32,000 bases of DNA from Candidatus Poseidoniaceae archaeon (GTDB taxonomy: Archaea > Thermoplasmatota > Poseidoniia > Poseidoniales > Poseidoniaceae), in the NCBI GenBank assembly GCA_943789275.1, contig CALSTM010000003.1, positions 660,001 to 692,000 on the forward strand, given 5' to 3'. This document shows, piece by piece, positions 8,024 through 17,248 of the stretch. The translations under genes and the position numbers were made by a program. Position 1 is the first letter of the stretch. Each line of letters opens with the position of its first letter. The notes under the pieces are model-generated. The model saw only the letters and a program-made list of their open reading frames with translations, had not been told where the DNA came from and did not search any database.

Positions 8024-11000
8024 TCAGTTAAATCCGAAACGGTCTTCTCCGTCTTGGTTTTCAGGTCGGTTTCGAATGGAGATGAAGATGACAGCAGTTC
8101 CACCAATTCCACAGACGACCAATAATCCGATGAGTACACCAGTGGATATGACGGAGCCTTCGACACCGGGAAGAATTCCATCCTCTTCGGTCAGTTGCAC
8201 TGCCAAGGACTCGGTCGGGCTTACTTTTCCGAACACATCGGATGCCTGGATGAGGATTTCATGTGTACCCAATGGGATGCTGTTTCGTACCTGCATTTGG
8301 ACCGAGTAGACGCCATCACCAGCGACGGCATCGCCGTTGGTTCCATCATCGTACATCGTTTGCCACGTCTCTTGAGAGGTGAATGGAGTAAACACACCAA
8401 GGTTTGCTTGCGCCACGAGTACACCGTCGTAGTCACTGATTGGAACTTCCAAGACGACGGTTCTACTCTGCTCCTCTCGAACGATTGAAAGAACGCCTGG
8501 ATTGCTGACGGTCGGAGGCGTATTGAGGACGTCAATGCTGATGTCCATCATCACCAGGTCCGACACATGGTGGGGTCCATAGATGGCCTGAAGGGTAGCG
8601 TTCATTCCATCGGCGTGCCAAAGCGTAGTGAACGTTCGCTGCCCTAAATTGTCGGTGAGCACAAAGGTGAGCGACTGTTTTCCGGGTACAGTTGATTCAG
8701 GTACCGTGAAATTACCAGCCCATACGCCGTTCGAATCCGTGAGTGGGACCAGTTCTCCACCAAGTTCTCGAAGATCAATTTCGACGCTGGCAACGCCGTG
8801 TCCGTCGTAGGCTTGTGCGTTGACAATCATGATCGTTCCTCGAGGACCCGTGTTCGGTAAAATCTCAAGTGCGTGCAATCTTGGACCTTGATTGATGACC
8901 TCTATTTCTCCTGAACCAGTGCCAGTAAGACCCCAAGCGTCGGTGGCAGTAACATTAAGCGAAATGTTGCCGACTTCCAAACCTTGAACGAGTATGCGTG
9001 TGGAAAAGCGATTGTCTCCTACGGTAGAGTCTCCTTCAAGTCCTCGATCGTTGAGAACGGTCATTTCACCGCCGATTGGGGAAAGATCGACCGTGACCGA
9101 TTCGACGTTCAACTCAGCATCGCTGATGTGGGCGACAAGGGTTCCCGAGTTTCCACCTTCACCGTACATGACTCCTTCAGCGATGTACAGTTCAACAAGG
9201 CTTGGAGCAGTGTTGTTTTCTGCGGTGATGATGGATGGAGATACGATACGCTCTACAACCTGTGATTCGGTAAAGTTAGCGGATTCATTGCCTTCACCGT
9301 ATGGGAATTCCAACACTCGATTCACGCTTGAGAGCAAGCCCATGAGTGGTCCTTGGTCGACGATGGAGCCTGAGGCAGTTCCCACGTTTTCATACGCTCC
9401 AACCCAGTTCACAACATGCAAATTGAATCCGTCACGAGGGTCGTTTCCTGTTGATTCTGCGGTGATGATAAGGGCAAGTCCTTCTTGGTCAGCAAGACGA
9501 ACGGTATCGCCTGGTATCAGAGGTATTGGCATTAGGCCAGTTTCACGAGAAATGGTGATGTTGCCGAGGATATCTTCGGTTTCGGGTTGAGTAGCATTGA
9601 CCTGTTTTGGGCTGTTCTGTGGGCGTTCATCCCCGCTTGAGGGGTCAGCTCCGGTTTCGACCCATACCAACCGAACAGTTCGGTTTTCCCAATCGGATTG
9701 AACGACTTGGTAGTCCCACGATTCGTTATGAGTTGCTCCAACGCCTTGGTCATCGAAGAAGTTGCCACCGTTGATGCCGGTGATGTTGAACCACGTGTCT
9801 TGATGGATCACATTGACAAGGAACTCGACTTGTGTAGAATTGGCTTGCATTCCGGATTCTTCAATCGTTCGAACGATTCCAAACGTACCTTGTGCATCAC
9901 CGGTAATGGTTCCATCCATGTGCAAGTCATCGATGACCGTTAGCCCGTCTTCGGTTAAGACGTGGAAGTCGTGAATGGTGCCGTTGATTGTGATGCTGGC
10001 ATTTTCATCCTCATCGTTCAGGCCAAATGTACCCTGTCCAACCAGTTCATTTTTCTCTGCAGTTCGTACGCCTTCTTCCCATCGTTCCAATACAGTAAGG
10101 CCGTCAAGTGAAATGTCCATTGCAAAATCATCTTCGGACAACCGCATGTCTGCGAGGGCTTCAAATTGAGTGTGTTGGAGTTTTCGAACCCCGTTCTCAT
10201 CCCAGGTTTCAAGGAAAAAAACGCTGATATCTCCAGTGACGTTGAGCGTTTCACTGCCCTCTTCATTCGTGTCGGTAATGTCCAAGTCTCCAGTTGCTTC
10301 AATCCGTAACCGTTCCGAGAGGTCACCGTCAATCATCGAACGGTTGAACCAACCTTCAGATACATTAGCAGTGATTTCGCTTATCGATGTACCGTCGAAG
10401 GTGACCAGGTGAAGCAAACCGCTTCCTCTGGCGTCAAACACTTGAGAAGTCAAGACGCCTGATTGGACCGTCTCATTTTTCCAAATGGAATCGAGATTCA
10501 GAGTGAGGTTGGTCGAACTGTCTTCGGTGTTCTCCAGAGTGGTGAGTGTGCCGTTACCTAATTCCCATGAGTTGAGAACAACCCCTTCTCGCATTTGCCA
10601 ACCTTGTCCGTTGAACGCTAAAGAAAAGCCCTGTTCGCCGTCTTCAGTAACGTAGGTCTGGTCGAGGTCCCAAGAGGTCTTCAACAGAACTTCATGGTCT
10701 GCCATTGGTTGATTCCACGTGCCTACAGTGAACGAACGGGCCGTCACCAACGGTTCAGTCAGCGTTGTTCCATCCCATGAGAGAATACGAACCGAAACGG
10801 TGACTTCATCGCCCCATGACAGGGTCGTATTGGTCACAGCACGAGCCATGCGCTTCTCGTCAACTGAGGACCACGAAATGAACACTTCGTTTGCTAGTGC
10901 TTCGCCGTTGTGAAGATGCGTGATGTCCACTTCAATTTGATACGAACCGTTATCAGCGAATGCAACCGTATACGCATGTTCATTGAGACCGTTATCGCCC

Positions 11001-11137
11001 TTAATCCACGAGGTGTTGATGGTCGGGGGCGAAGGTTGTCCTTCAGCAGTTGCAGTGTAGACCAACGGCAAGAGCATCATCGTGAACAACACGATGGCCA
11101 GCCCAGGTTTCCGCATGCTCATGGTGAGTTGTCGCAT
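8024..11137 (-). CDS. Large tail-anchored cell-surface glycoprotein (candidate S-layer/adhesin-like), unknown family
   Basis: 1037 aa. The N-terminus is signal-like (MRKPGLAIVLFTMMLLPLVYTATAEG). There is a C-terminal TM (VISTGVLIGLLVVCGIGGTAVIFISI) plus a charged tail. I count about 24 N-x-S/T sequons. Three Ig-like repeats occupy the last third (~8183-9205), and one carries DDGTNGDAVAGDGVYS. Confidence 0.8.
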   Translation of the reverse strand: MRQLTMSMRKPGLAIVLFTMMLLPLVYTATAEGQPSPPTINTSWIKGDNGLNEHAYTVAFADNGSYQIEVDITHLHNGEALANEVFISWSSVDEKRMARAVTNTTLSWGDEVTVSVRILSWDGTTLTEPLVTARSFTVGTWNQPMADHEVLLKTSWDLDQTYVTEDGEQGFSLAFNGQGWQMREGVVLNSWELGNGTLTTLENTEDSSTNLTLNLDSIWKNETVQSGVLTSQVFDARGSGLLHLVTFDGTSISEITANVSEGWFNRSMIDGDLSERLRIEATGDLDITDTNEEGSETLNVTGDISVFFLETWDENGVRKLQHTQFEALADMRLSEDDFAMDISLDGLTVLERWEEGVRTAEKNELVGQGTFGLNDEDENASITINGTIHDFHVLTEDGLTVIDDLHMDGTITGDAQGTFGIVRTIEESGMQANSTQVEFLVNVIHQDTWFNITGINGGNFFDDQGVGATHNESWDYQVVQSDWENRTVRLVWVETGADPSSGDERPQNSPKQVNATQPETEDILGNITISRETGLMPIPLIPGDTVRLADQEGLALIITAESTGNDPRDGFNLHVVNWVGAYENVGTASGSIVDQGPLMGLLSSVNRVLEFPYGEGNESANFTESQVVERIVSPSIITAENNTAPSLVELYIAEGVMYGEGGNSGTLVAHISDAELNVESVTVDLSPIGGEMTVLNDRGLEGDSTVGDNRFSTRILVQGLEVGNISLNVTATDAWGLTGTGSGEIEVINQGPRLHALEILPNTGPRGTIMIVNAQAYDGHGVASVEIDLRELGGELVPLTDSNGVWAGNFTVPESTVPGKQSLTFVLTDNLGQRTFTTLWHADGMNATLQAIYGPHHVSDLVMMDISIDVLNTPPTVSNPGVLSIVREEQSRTVVLEVPISDYDGVLVAQANLGVFTPFTSQETWQTMYDDGTNGDAVAGDGVYSVQMQVRNSIPLGTHEILIQASDVFGKVSPTESLAVQLTEEDGILPGVEGSVISTGVLIGLLVVCGIGGTAVIFISIRNRPENQDGEDRFGFN

Positions 11138-11188
11138 CTACTCCTCTTCAAGACTTGCGCCTCCGTGCATTCGAATCGATCCATCCCT

Positions 11189-12160
11189 TCACAGGTCGAG
11201 CACGTATCCGAACAGCAACGGCGCAACAATCGTTGCGTCGCTTTCAATCATGAATTTCGGCGTTTCAATTGAGAGTTTACCCCACGTGATTTTTTCATTC
11301 GGTGGCGCTCCAGAATAGCCACCGTAGGATGCACTTGATTCACTGATTTGACAGAACCACGACCAGAGAGGAACTTCACGTTCCAAGTCTTGATGCAACA
11401 AAGGGACGACACAGATTGGGAAATCTCCAGCGATGCCTCCACCTATTTGGACAAAGGCCAGCGGATGCTCCATATTCTCATACCATCGGGTGAGTTGAAT
11501 CATGTATTCTATTCCACTTTTGATGGTTGACGGTTTGACTTTGCCTTCGATGCATCGGGCTGCGAAGATGTTACCGAGGGTCGAATCTTCCCATCCGGGA
11601 ACAAACAGCGGGAGATTGATTTCTGCAGCAGCGAGGAGCCATGAATTCTCAGGGGCCGCTTCGTATTCGTTGTCCAATACCCCTTGCGATAACAGTTCGT
11701 AGAAAAACTCGTGTGGCAATTTCGATTCGCCTGCTGAGTCCGCTTGCTGCCAACTGGAAAGGATATGGTGCTCAATCTTACGGAATGCTTCGTCTTCGGG
11801 AATGCAAGTGTCCGTGACTCGGTTGAGTTTCTTTTTCAGTAGGGCAGCATCATCTTCAGCGGACAAATCACGCCAGTTTTGGATACGAACATAGGAGTCG
11901 TGGGCCACCAAATGAAACAGATCTTCTTCCAAGTTCGCCCCGGTGCAGGAAATTCCCGCAACGTGACCAGCACGAATCATTGGAGCAAGGCTACGTCCTA
12001 ATTCAGCCGTACTCATGGCGCCTGCCAACGTGAGGAACAGCTTTCCGCCATCGGCCAAGAACGCCGTCAATGAAGCAGCAGCAGAGGCCAATTCACCTGC
12101 ATTGAAGTGTCGATAATGCTCGTTAACAAAGTTTCGAACAGACATTTCATTCACCTTCAT
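11189..12160 (-). CDS. dys: Deoxyhypusine synthase
   Basis: 323 aa. Motifs are LTLAGAMSTAELG, CTGANLEEDLF and the C-terminal NEKITWGKL, which contains the WGK catalytic-lysine motif of DHS. An alternative ATG is at 12145. Confidence 0.9.
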   Translation of the reverse strand: MKVNEMSVRNFVNEHYRHFNAGELASAAASLTAFLADGGKLFLTLAGAMSTAELGRSLAPMIRAGHVAGISCTGANLEEDLFHLVAHDSYVRIQNWRDLSAEDDAALLKKKLNRVTDTCIPEDEAFRKIEHHILSSWQQADSAGESKLPHEFFYELLSQGVLDNEYEAAPENSWLLAAAEINLPLFVPGWEDSTLGNIFAARCIEGKVKPSTIKSGIEYMIQLTRWYENMEHPLAFVQIGGGIAGDFPICVVPLLHQDLEREVPLWSWFCQISESSASYGGYSGAPPNEKITWGKLSIETPKFMIESDATIVAPLLFGYVLDL

Positions 12161-12536
12161 GCAGGAACCGTTCTTGGTGATGCCTTCGTTTCAACGAAAG
12201 CAACGGCATACACTCCATCAGCCGTTGGTGTATGAGATCAGCAAGTTCGTTTGGGTTCGAACCTCCACAGGTAAAACAATCCACCGCCAACCAACCTTTT
12301 TCTGAATAGCAGTGAGCCGAAACGTGGCTTTCATCGAGCAGGACCACCGCAGCAAAACCAAGGGGAGATACCGAGCCATCGAATTGCTCAACATGGGAGT
12401 GAACGTTGCGGATTTTGCATTCCTCAACGGCTTGTTCCATGAGAGTCAGCATCCATGCTCCATCGTTCTCTTGTTGCGGGACATACCCCGTATAGTCGAG
12501 GAATACATGGGCCCCATGTGCTTTGAATTGGTCCAT
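12147..12536 (-). CDS. speH: Pyruvoyl-dependent S-adenosylmethionine decarboxylase-fold proenzyme (SpeH-like; substrate not assignable)
   Basis: 129 aa. VVLLDESHVSAHCYSEKGWLAVDCFTCG aligns by eye to the class 1 AdoMetDC self-cleavage region (ES|H ... FTCG). Confidence 0.8.
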   Translation of the reverse strand: MDQFKAHGAHVFLDYTGYVPQQENDGAWMLTLMEQAVEECKIRNVHSHVEQFDGSVSPLGFAAVVLLDESHVSAHCYSEKGWLAVDCFTCGGSNPNELADLIHQRLMECMPLLSLKRRHHQERFLHEGE

Positions 12537-12560
12537 ACATTCACCTCAGTATTTGCTTGT

Positions 12561-13601
12561 CTAGGCGCCTTGAGCGTTTCCGATCCGTTCGACAAAGAAG
12601 GTCGAAGTTTCTGCATCACGGTTCTTACCTGCTTGTTCAGCCAGAGCGACCCATCGCCCCTCTTGGCGCGCTTTGATGTGCGAAACGATGGCTTTGGTTG
12701 CCAGCATTGCAGCAGTAAATTCAGTGATTGGGGACCCTTCTTGAGCCACTATTTCGTTGATGTCTGCACTGATAATCACGGCGTTTGGTGCACTGAAAAC
12801 GGTACGGATTGTTTCGATGGCTTGCCAGTAGGACAAACCGCCCGGAACAGGAGTACCAGTCGCTGGAACTAAACTACCGTCTAACCCATCGATATCCACC
12901 GTAAGATGGACCGGTCCAGAAAGCGTTGATAATTCTGAAAGCCATGCTTTCCAAGATTCTTGTCCATGCGTTGGGGATTGGGTATCACGTGCAAAGAACG
13001 TCGTAATGCGTCCGTCGTTTTCGATCATCTCGGCTTCTTCTTTCGAATACGCTCGGATACCGACTTGCAATAAACGGCCTACGCCGAGGTCTAAACTGCG
13101 ACCTGCTGCACATGCATGGGAATACGCTTCGCCATCCAATTCGGGTCGAAGGTCGGCGTGTGCATCGATTTGAACAACGGTTAATCGACTGAGGTCTCCG
13201 CCAACCAAAGGATGTCGACGTGCGGCATGAACCAACGGCGGCAAAATACCGTGTTCACCGCCAAGAACGACAGGAAAGCAATCACCTCTGTACCACGGTT
13301 GGAGGTATGAGGCTATGTTGTCAAGTTGTTGCGCAAGGCTTCCACCTTCGCCATCCCATTCTGGTGCGGTGTACATCTTGACGGATGCAGGAAGGTCAAT
13401 GCCGAGTTCAGCATCGAACAATTCGACGTGACCACTCGAGGCAATGCATGCAGCAGGGCCTTGTGCAGTGCCTTGGCCGTACGATGTCGTGAGCTCATAC
13501 GGGAGAGGTAGGACAACAACATCCACCTCTTCGCCCGTTTCGGGCAATCCGAGGAAATTACCCTCGACGTAGTCTTCGCTCACAACCTTGCCCTTGCACA
13601 T
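12561..13601 (-). CDS. speB: Agmatinase / ureohydrolase family protein
   Basis: 346 aa. The arginase-fold Mn-binding motifs GGEHGI, QIDAHADLR, LTVDIDGLD and SADINE are present. Confidence 0.85.
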   Translation of the reverse strand: MCKGKVVSEDYVEGNFLGLPETGEEVDVVVLPLPYELTTSYGQGTAQGPAACIASSGHVELFDAELGIDLPASVKMYTAPEWDGEGGSLAQQLDNIASYLQPWYRGDCFPVVLGGEHGILPPLVHAARRHPLVGGDLSRLTVVQIDAHADLRPELDGEAYSHACAAGRSLDLGVGRLLQVGIRAYSKEEAEMIENDGRITTFFARDTQSPTHGQESWKAWLSELSTLSGPVHLTVDIDGLDGSLVPATGTPVPGGLSYWQAIETIRTVFSAPNAVIISADINEIVAQEGSPITEFTAAMLATKAIVSHIKARQEGRWVALAEQAGKNRDAETSTFFVERIGNAQGA

Positions 13602-13765
13602 ATGTTCTTGAGGCTGTTGTTTGATGTGGTTTAAGACAAGTCGCCGACTGGACTGGTTGTTCGGGGCATCGCTGCCTCCGGATATCCGGCGTTGGAGTGG
13701 CCAAAATTACTGATTTTTCCTTCTTTCATGAAAAAACAGCGATGGGTCTATATGGGTTGGATGAC

Positions 13766-13776
13766 AATATAATATA
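13766..13776 (+). promoter_or_regulatory. TATA-like element (AATATAATATA) upstream of the 13816 CDS
   Basis: This A/T-only 11-mer is centred ~45 nt upstream of ATG 13816, which would give a ~20-nt leader containing GGGGG. Confidence 0.3.
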
Positions 13777-13815
13777 CTGTCTGCGAAGGAATTGAGCGAC
13801 ACGGGGGAACAAAAA

Positions 13816-14241
13816 ATGACCATGACATTATCCGAACTCACACGAGCCATTCAACAACACATCGATTTAGACATGGATGCAGAAGTTGCTCAAGGCATGG
13901 CAGAACACGCTCTTGGTTTCTTTGGATTTTACAATCGCATTATCGATAATGCCTTGGAACCTACCGACCGCAACCTGTTTTACATGTTCCAAGACTATGA
14001 CCTTCTCACCACCGAATCCGAAGAAACGACCCTTTGGGATGGACGAGAGTGGAGGATTCACTACTGGAAATTCAAGCCAGACTTGCGAGAGCGAGTCGAA
14101 GCATACATGCAACGCAACCTCGAACCTGAGGAGATTGATCCATTCGCAGACATTTACGGTGGAAAGACCGACATCAACTCCATTTGGACCCGTGAATCTG
14201 AAAAAGTCACCAACCCGAATGCATTCACCAGCGACTGGTAA
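13816..14241 (+). CDS. Hypothetical acidic cytoplasmic protein
   Basis: The track start 13792 is TTG; the first ATG is 13816 (MTMTLSELTRAIQQHIDLD...). The sequence is non-repetitive with no TM segment, and I recognise no motif. It is co-oriented with the downstream peptidase genes. Confidence 0.55.
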   Translation: MTMTLSELTRAIQQHIDLDMDAEVAQGMAEHALGFFGFYNRIIDNALEPTDRNLFYMFQDYDLLTTESEETTLWDGREWRIHYWKFKPDLRERVEAYMQRNLEPEEIDPFADIYGGKTDINSIWTRESEKVTNPNAFTSDW

Positions 14242-14286
14242 TCTTCCGTTGCAAGCGTTTTTGATGTTGAGAGGGCAGGGACGCTC

Positions 14287-15657
14287 ATGCGAGTTGCAAT
14301 TGGCTTGGTCCTCTGCTTGATGCTCGCAAGTGTTCCCGTGACATCTGCTCAATCGGATTCGAACGAGGAAAACGCATGGCCTGGAGACCCAATCGACAGT
14401 CACGTTCACATGACGTGGGCGGCTTTGACCCTCGAAGTCAACGGATGGGCTGATGATTATCCTGAAATTGTGGATTTGGCCGATGTCGGTAAATCTGAAC
14501 TTGGCAAGTCATTGTGGGTCGTTCGCTTGTCTGACTGGTCCGTTGATACTAAACCGAACGGCAGTGCAAAGGAAATTGTTTACATTGATGGCGGCCACCA
14601 CGGTAACGAATACTTGGGAACTGCATTAGCTTGGTTGTCGGCAAAGTGGTACATCAACGGATGGGCTGAAGGCAATCAAGAAGCGATTGACGTATTGCAA
14701 AACACTGAACTTCACATCCTTATCATGCTCAATCCAGACGGAAACGATATCGATACGCGCTGGAACATCAATCAGGTTGACCTGAACAGGAATTACGATC
14801 ACTACTGGAACACTTGTCCAACCACGCAACCCGGTAGCAGTGCGTTCAGTGAATCCGAAACTGCTGCGAATTCAAACTACATGAACACGGTCGTCCCGGA
14901 TGCTGACTTGTATGTGACCATGCACACTGGGGTTTGGATTATGCTTTACCCGTGGGGTAAATGGCCTGAGCAACCTCAGGATTGGGAATTATTCCACCAA
15001 ATCAGAGAGGATGTCAACAACGACATTTCCAGTATACCAATTCAGAATGCGAACCAAGGACTGTATCCGAATTGTGGAACAAGCAGAGATTATGGCTACG
15101 GCGTCATGGGTTATCCTACCTTTACCTTCGAAACCGATGATGAACAATTCGTCCCGGGTTCCTTTGAGAACTTGAACGAACGATTGGGTGAAGAAATGGA
15201 TGTCATGAGGTATCTGATTTCGAACGTGTGGTATTGGCGTGCAAGATTAGATGTCCAGTCTCTCGAAATCTCGGACGATGAAATTTCACTCGATGTTCGC
15301 AACCACGGTCAAGCATCGTCTTCGAACACCACCTTGCGGTATGTCGATACGGGCGGTAATGCGTTATGGGAATCGAACCTTTTCACGGTGAATGCCACCA
15401 ATTCTTCGATGGTTACTCTTGACGCAAAGAACCTATCCTTGACTGCTGATGGGTCATGGGAGTTGTACTATCAAATCCGAGTTGTGAACTCGTCGCGATG
15501 GGTCTCGGAGCCGGTGAATGCATCCGTACTTGTGATGATTGAAACCGAATCATCGAACTTCCTCGTCGGATACGGTCTTTTCAATCCGGTGACGTTGATT
15601 GCCGGATTCGCTGCAATTGCGGCCTTTGCTCAGCGCGAAGAGTCGGACGAAGAGTGA
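14287..15657 (+). CDS. Secreted, tail-anchored M14 zinc carboxypeptidase
   Basis: It has a signal-like N-terminus (MRVAIGLVLCLMLASVPVTSAQS). M14 motifs are GGHHGNEYLG (HxxE zinc site), NPDGN, DLNRNY and VTMHTG. These are followed by an Ig-like segment with many sequons and a C-terminal TM (VTLIAGFAAIAAFA) with an acidic tail. Confidence 0.85.
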   Translation: MRVAIGLVLCLMLASVPVTSAQSDSNEENAWPGDPIDSHVHMTWAALTLEVNGWADDYPEIVDLADVGKSELGKSLWVVRLSDWSVDTKPNGSAKEIVYIDGGHHGNEYLGTALAWLSAKWYINGWAEGNQEAIDVLQNTELHILIMLNPDGNDIDTRWNINQVDLNRNYDHYWNTCPTTQPGSSAFSESETAANSNYMNTVVPDADLYVTMHTGVWIMLYPWGKWPEQPQDWELFHQIREDVNNDISSIPIQNANQGLYPNCGTSRDYGYGVMGYPTFTFETDDEQFVPGSFENLNERLGEEMDVMRYLISNVWYWRARLDVQSLEISDDEISLDVRNHGQASSSNTTLRYVDTGGNALWESNLFTVNATNSSMVTLDAKNLSLTADGSWELYYQIRVVNSSRWVSEPVNASVLVMIETESSNFLVGYGLFNPVTLIAGFAAIAAFAQREESDEE

Positions 15658-15733
15658 CGCCCCCCCTCTCTTGTCTGAAAGCCGAGCGCGAGGTTTCAAG
15701 TGCTTCAAGTCCTTGGTCGGTATAGGTGAACCC

Positions 15734-17227
15734 ATGAAAGTAACAGTAAGCCCAGGACACAACATCGACGGAACTCTACTCTTGCCCCTCTACGAAGGCT
15801 CTGAAAGCGTGCCTTCATCGCTTGAAGCAGGCCTTCATACTGCGTTGAAAAGTCAAATCAATCGAATCCTCTCTGAAGGAGATTTCAAGGCCAAGGCCAA
15901 GTCGACCATGTCCATTATCGGCAGCGAAGGTGGAAAGGCAATGCTTGTTGGACTCGGTAAAGAAGAGGACATCGATGCTCATGCGTACCGAAAGGCTGGC
16001 GCATCGGTTATTGCAAACCGAAAGAAAGCTCACGGCACCGACTTTACCGCACGGTTCAGCGGTCTTTCCGTCGAATTGATGGGTGCTTTTGCTGAAGGTA
16101 TGCTCTTGCGAGACTATTCGTATGACCACTACAAGCAGAAAGACGATGACGACGAAGAGAACGAAATCACCGTCCGAATCACCTGCGATGAAGGTCAAGA
16201 GAAGGAACTGAATTCACTCATCTATACCCACGCAGGTGTCGCTTCAGGCGTACACTTGTCTCGTGACCTCGGTAACTGTCCTCCAAACGACATGTTCCCA
16301 GAGGCTTTCGCAGACCAAGCATGGGAATGGGCCAAGCAATACGATAACGTCGAAGTCACCATCATCAATTACGACCAAGCTGTCAAAGCAGGTATGGGTG
16401 GTTTGGTTGCTGTTGGAATGGGCTCGGCTCGTAAACCATGCATGGTCATCTTCGAAATGAACGCTGACGTGAAGGGTCGTGGACCAATGTTGGTCGGTAA
16501 AGGAATCACCTTCGATACCGGCGGCATTTCACTCAAGCCAGGTGCAAACATGGACGAAATGAAGTACGACATGGGTGGTTCTGCAACCGTCTTTGGAACC
16601 ATGCAAGCACTTGCATCAACCGGATTCGCTGGAAAGGTCACAGCAATTACCTGTATGGCAGAGAACATGCCATCATCCAACGCTCAACGTCCTGGTGACG
16701 TCATTAAGACGCTTTCTGGTAAGACCATTGAAGTGCTCAACACCGATGCTGAAGGCCGACTTGTGCTTTCCGATGGATTGTGGAAGGCTGGAGAGTTTGA
16801 CCCAGAATACATCATTGATTTCGCAACCCTTACCGGTGCTTGCGTCGTTGCTCTTGGGCACGAAGCAACCGGTCTATGGTCCAATGACGATGATTTCCGA
16901 ACACGTATTCACGAAGCAGGAAACGCAGTCGACGAACTCGCTTGGCCTATGCCGCTACTGCCTGCCTTTGAGAAGGAAATGACCAACTCGAAGATTGCAG
17001 ACACTCGGAACCTTGGCGCTGGACGCTACGGCGGTGCAAACACTGCTGCTGCGTTCCTCAAGCAATTCGTTCCGAACCGTGGCTATGAAAAGGATGGAGA
17101 GAAAATTCCTTGGGCCCACATGGACATTGCAGGAACATACTGGGGTGCTAAGACCAATTCGATGGTTGGCAACGGTGCAACAGGAATCCACGTTCGTACC
17201 ATGTACCACCTCATCACCAACGGATGA
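15734..17227 (+). CDS. pepA: M17 leucyl aminopeptidase (cytosolic)
   Basis: Start moved to ATG 15734 (MKVTVSPGHN...). The signatures VGKGITFDTGGISLKP and NTDAEGRLVLSD are present. Confidence 0.9.
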   Translation: MKVTVSPGHNIDGTLLLPLYEGSESVPSSLEAGLHTALKSQINRILSEGDFKAKAKSTMSIIGSEGGKAMLVGLGKEEDIDAHAYRKAGASVIANRKKAHGTDFTARFSGLSVELMGAFAEGMLLRDYSYDHYKQKDDDDEENEITVRITCDEGQEKELNSLIYTHAGVASGVHLSRDLGNCPPNDMFPEAFADQAWEWAKQYDNVEVTIINYDQAVKAGMGGLVAVGMGSARKPCMVIFEMNADVKGRGPMLVGKGITFDTGGISLKPGANMDEMKYDMGGSATVFGTMQALASTGFAGKVTAITCMAENMPSSNAQRPGDVIKTLSGKTIEVLNTDAEGRLVLSDGLWKAGEFDPEYIIDFATLTGACVVALGHEATGLWSNDDDFRTRIHEAGNAVDELAWPMPLLPAFEKEMTNSKIADTRNLGAGRYGGANTAAAFLKQFVPNRGYEKDGEKIPWAHMDIAGTYWGAKTNSMVGNGATGIHVRTMYHLITNG

Positions 17228-17248
17228 TCCTTGTTTGAGTTGAATCTC

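Noticed and set aside
7882-8181. 99-aa ORF on the minus strand
   Set aside because: It overlaps the tRNA-Gly(GCC) gene and the 3' end of the 1037-aa surface protein gene. The tRNA fold is unambiguous.
12312-12872. 186-aa + strand ORF antisense to speH-like/speB. Similar antisense ORFs are 8994..9590 +, 13867..14409 -, 28917..29444 +, 6520..6969 + and 1383..1766 +
   Set aside because: Each is fully contained in, or straddles, well-supported genes on the other strand. Their translations are Ser/Arg/Pro-rich with no recognisable motifs.
13617-13716. Possible C/D-box sRNA (TGATGT ... CTGA) in the same spacer
   Set aside because: The C box is imperfect. The boxes are ~95 nt apart, versus ~50-60 nt for archaeal C/D sRNAs. 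No C'/D' pair or terminal stem is evident.
13728-13772. 14-codon micro-ORF MKKQRWVYMGWMTI in the long intergenic region
   Set aside because: It is too short to evaluate and overlaps the TATA-like element. It has no Shine-Dalgarno-like motif, and its ATG is part of the TTTCATGAAA palindrome. Ribosome profiling would be needed to revive it.
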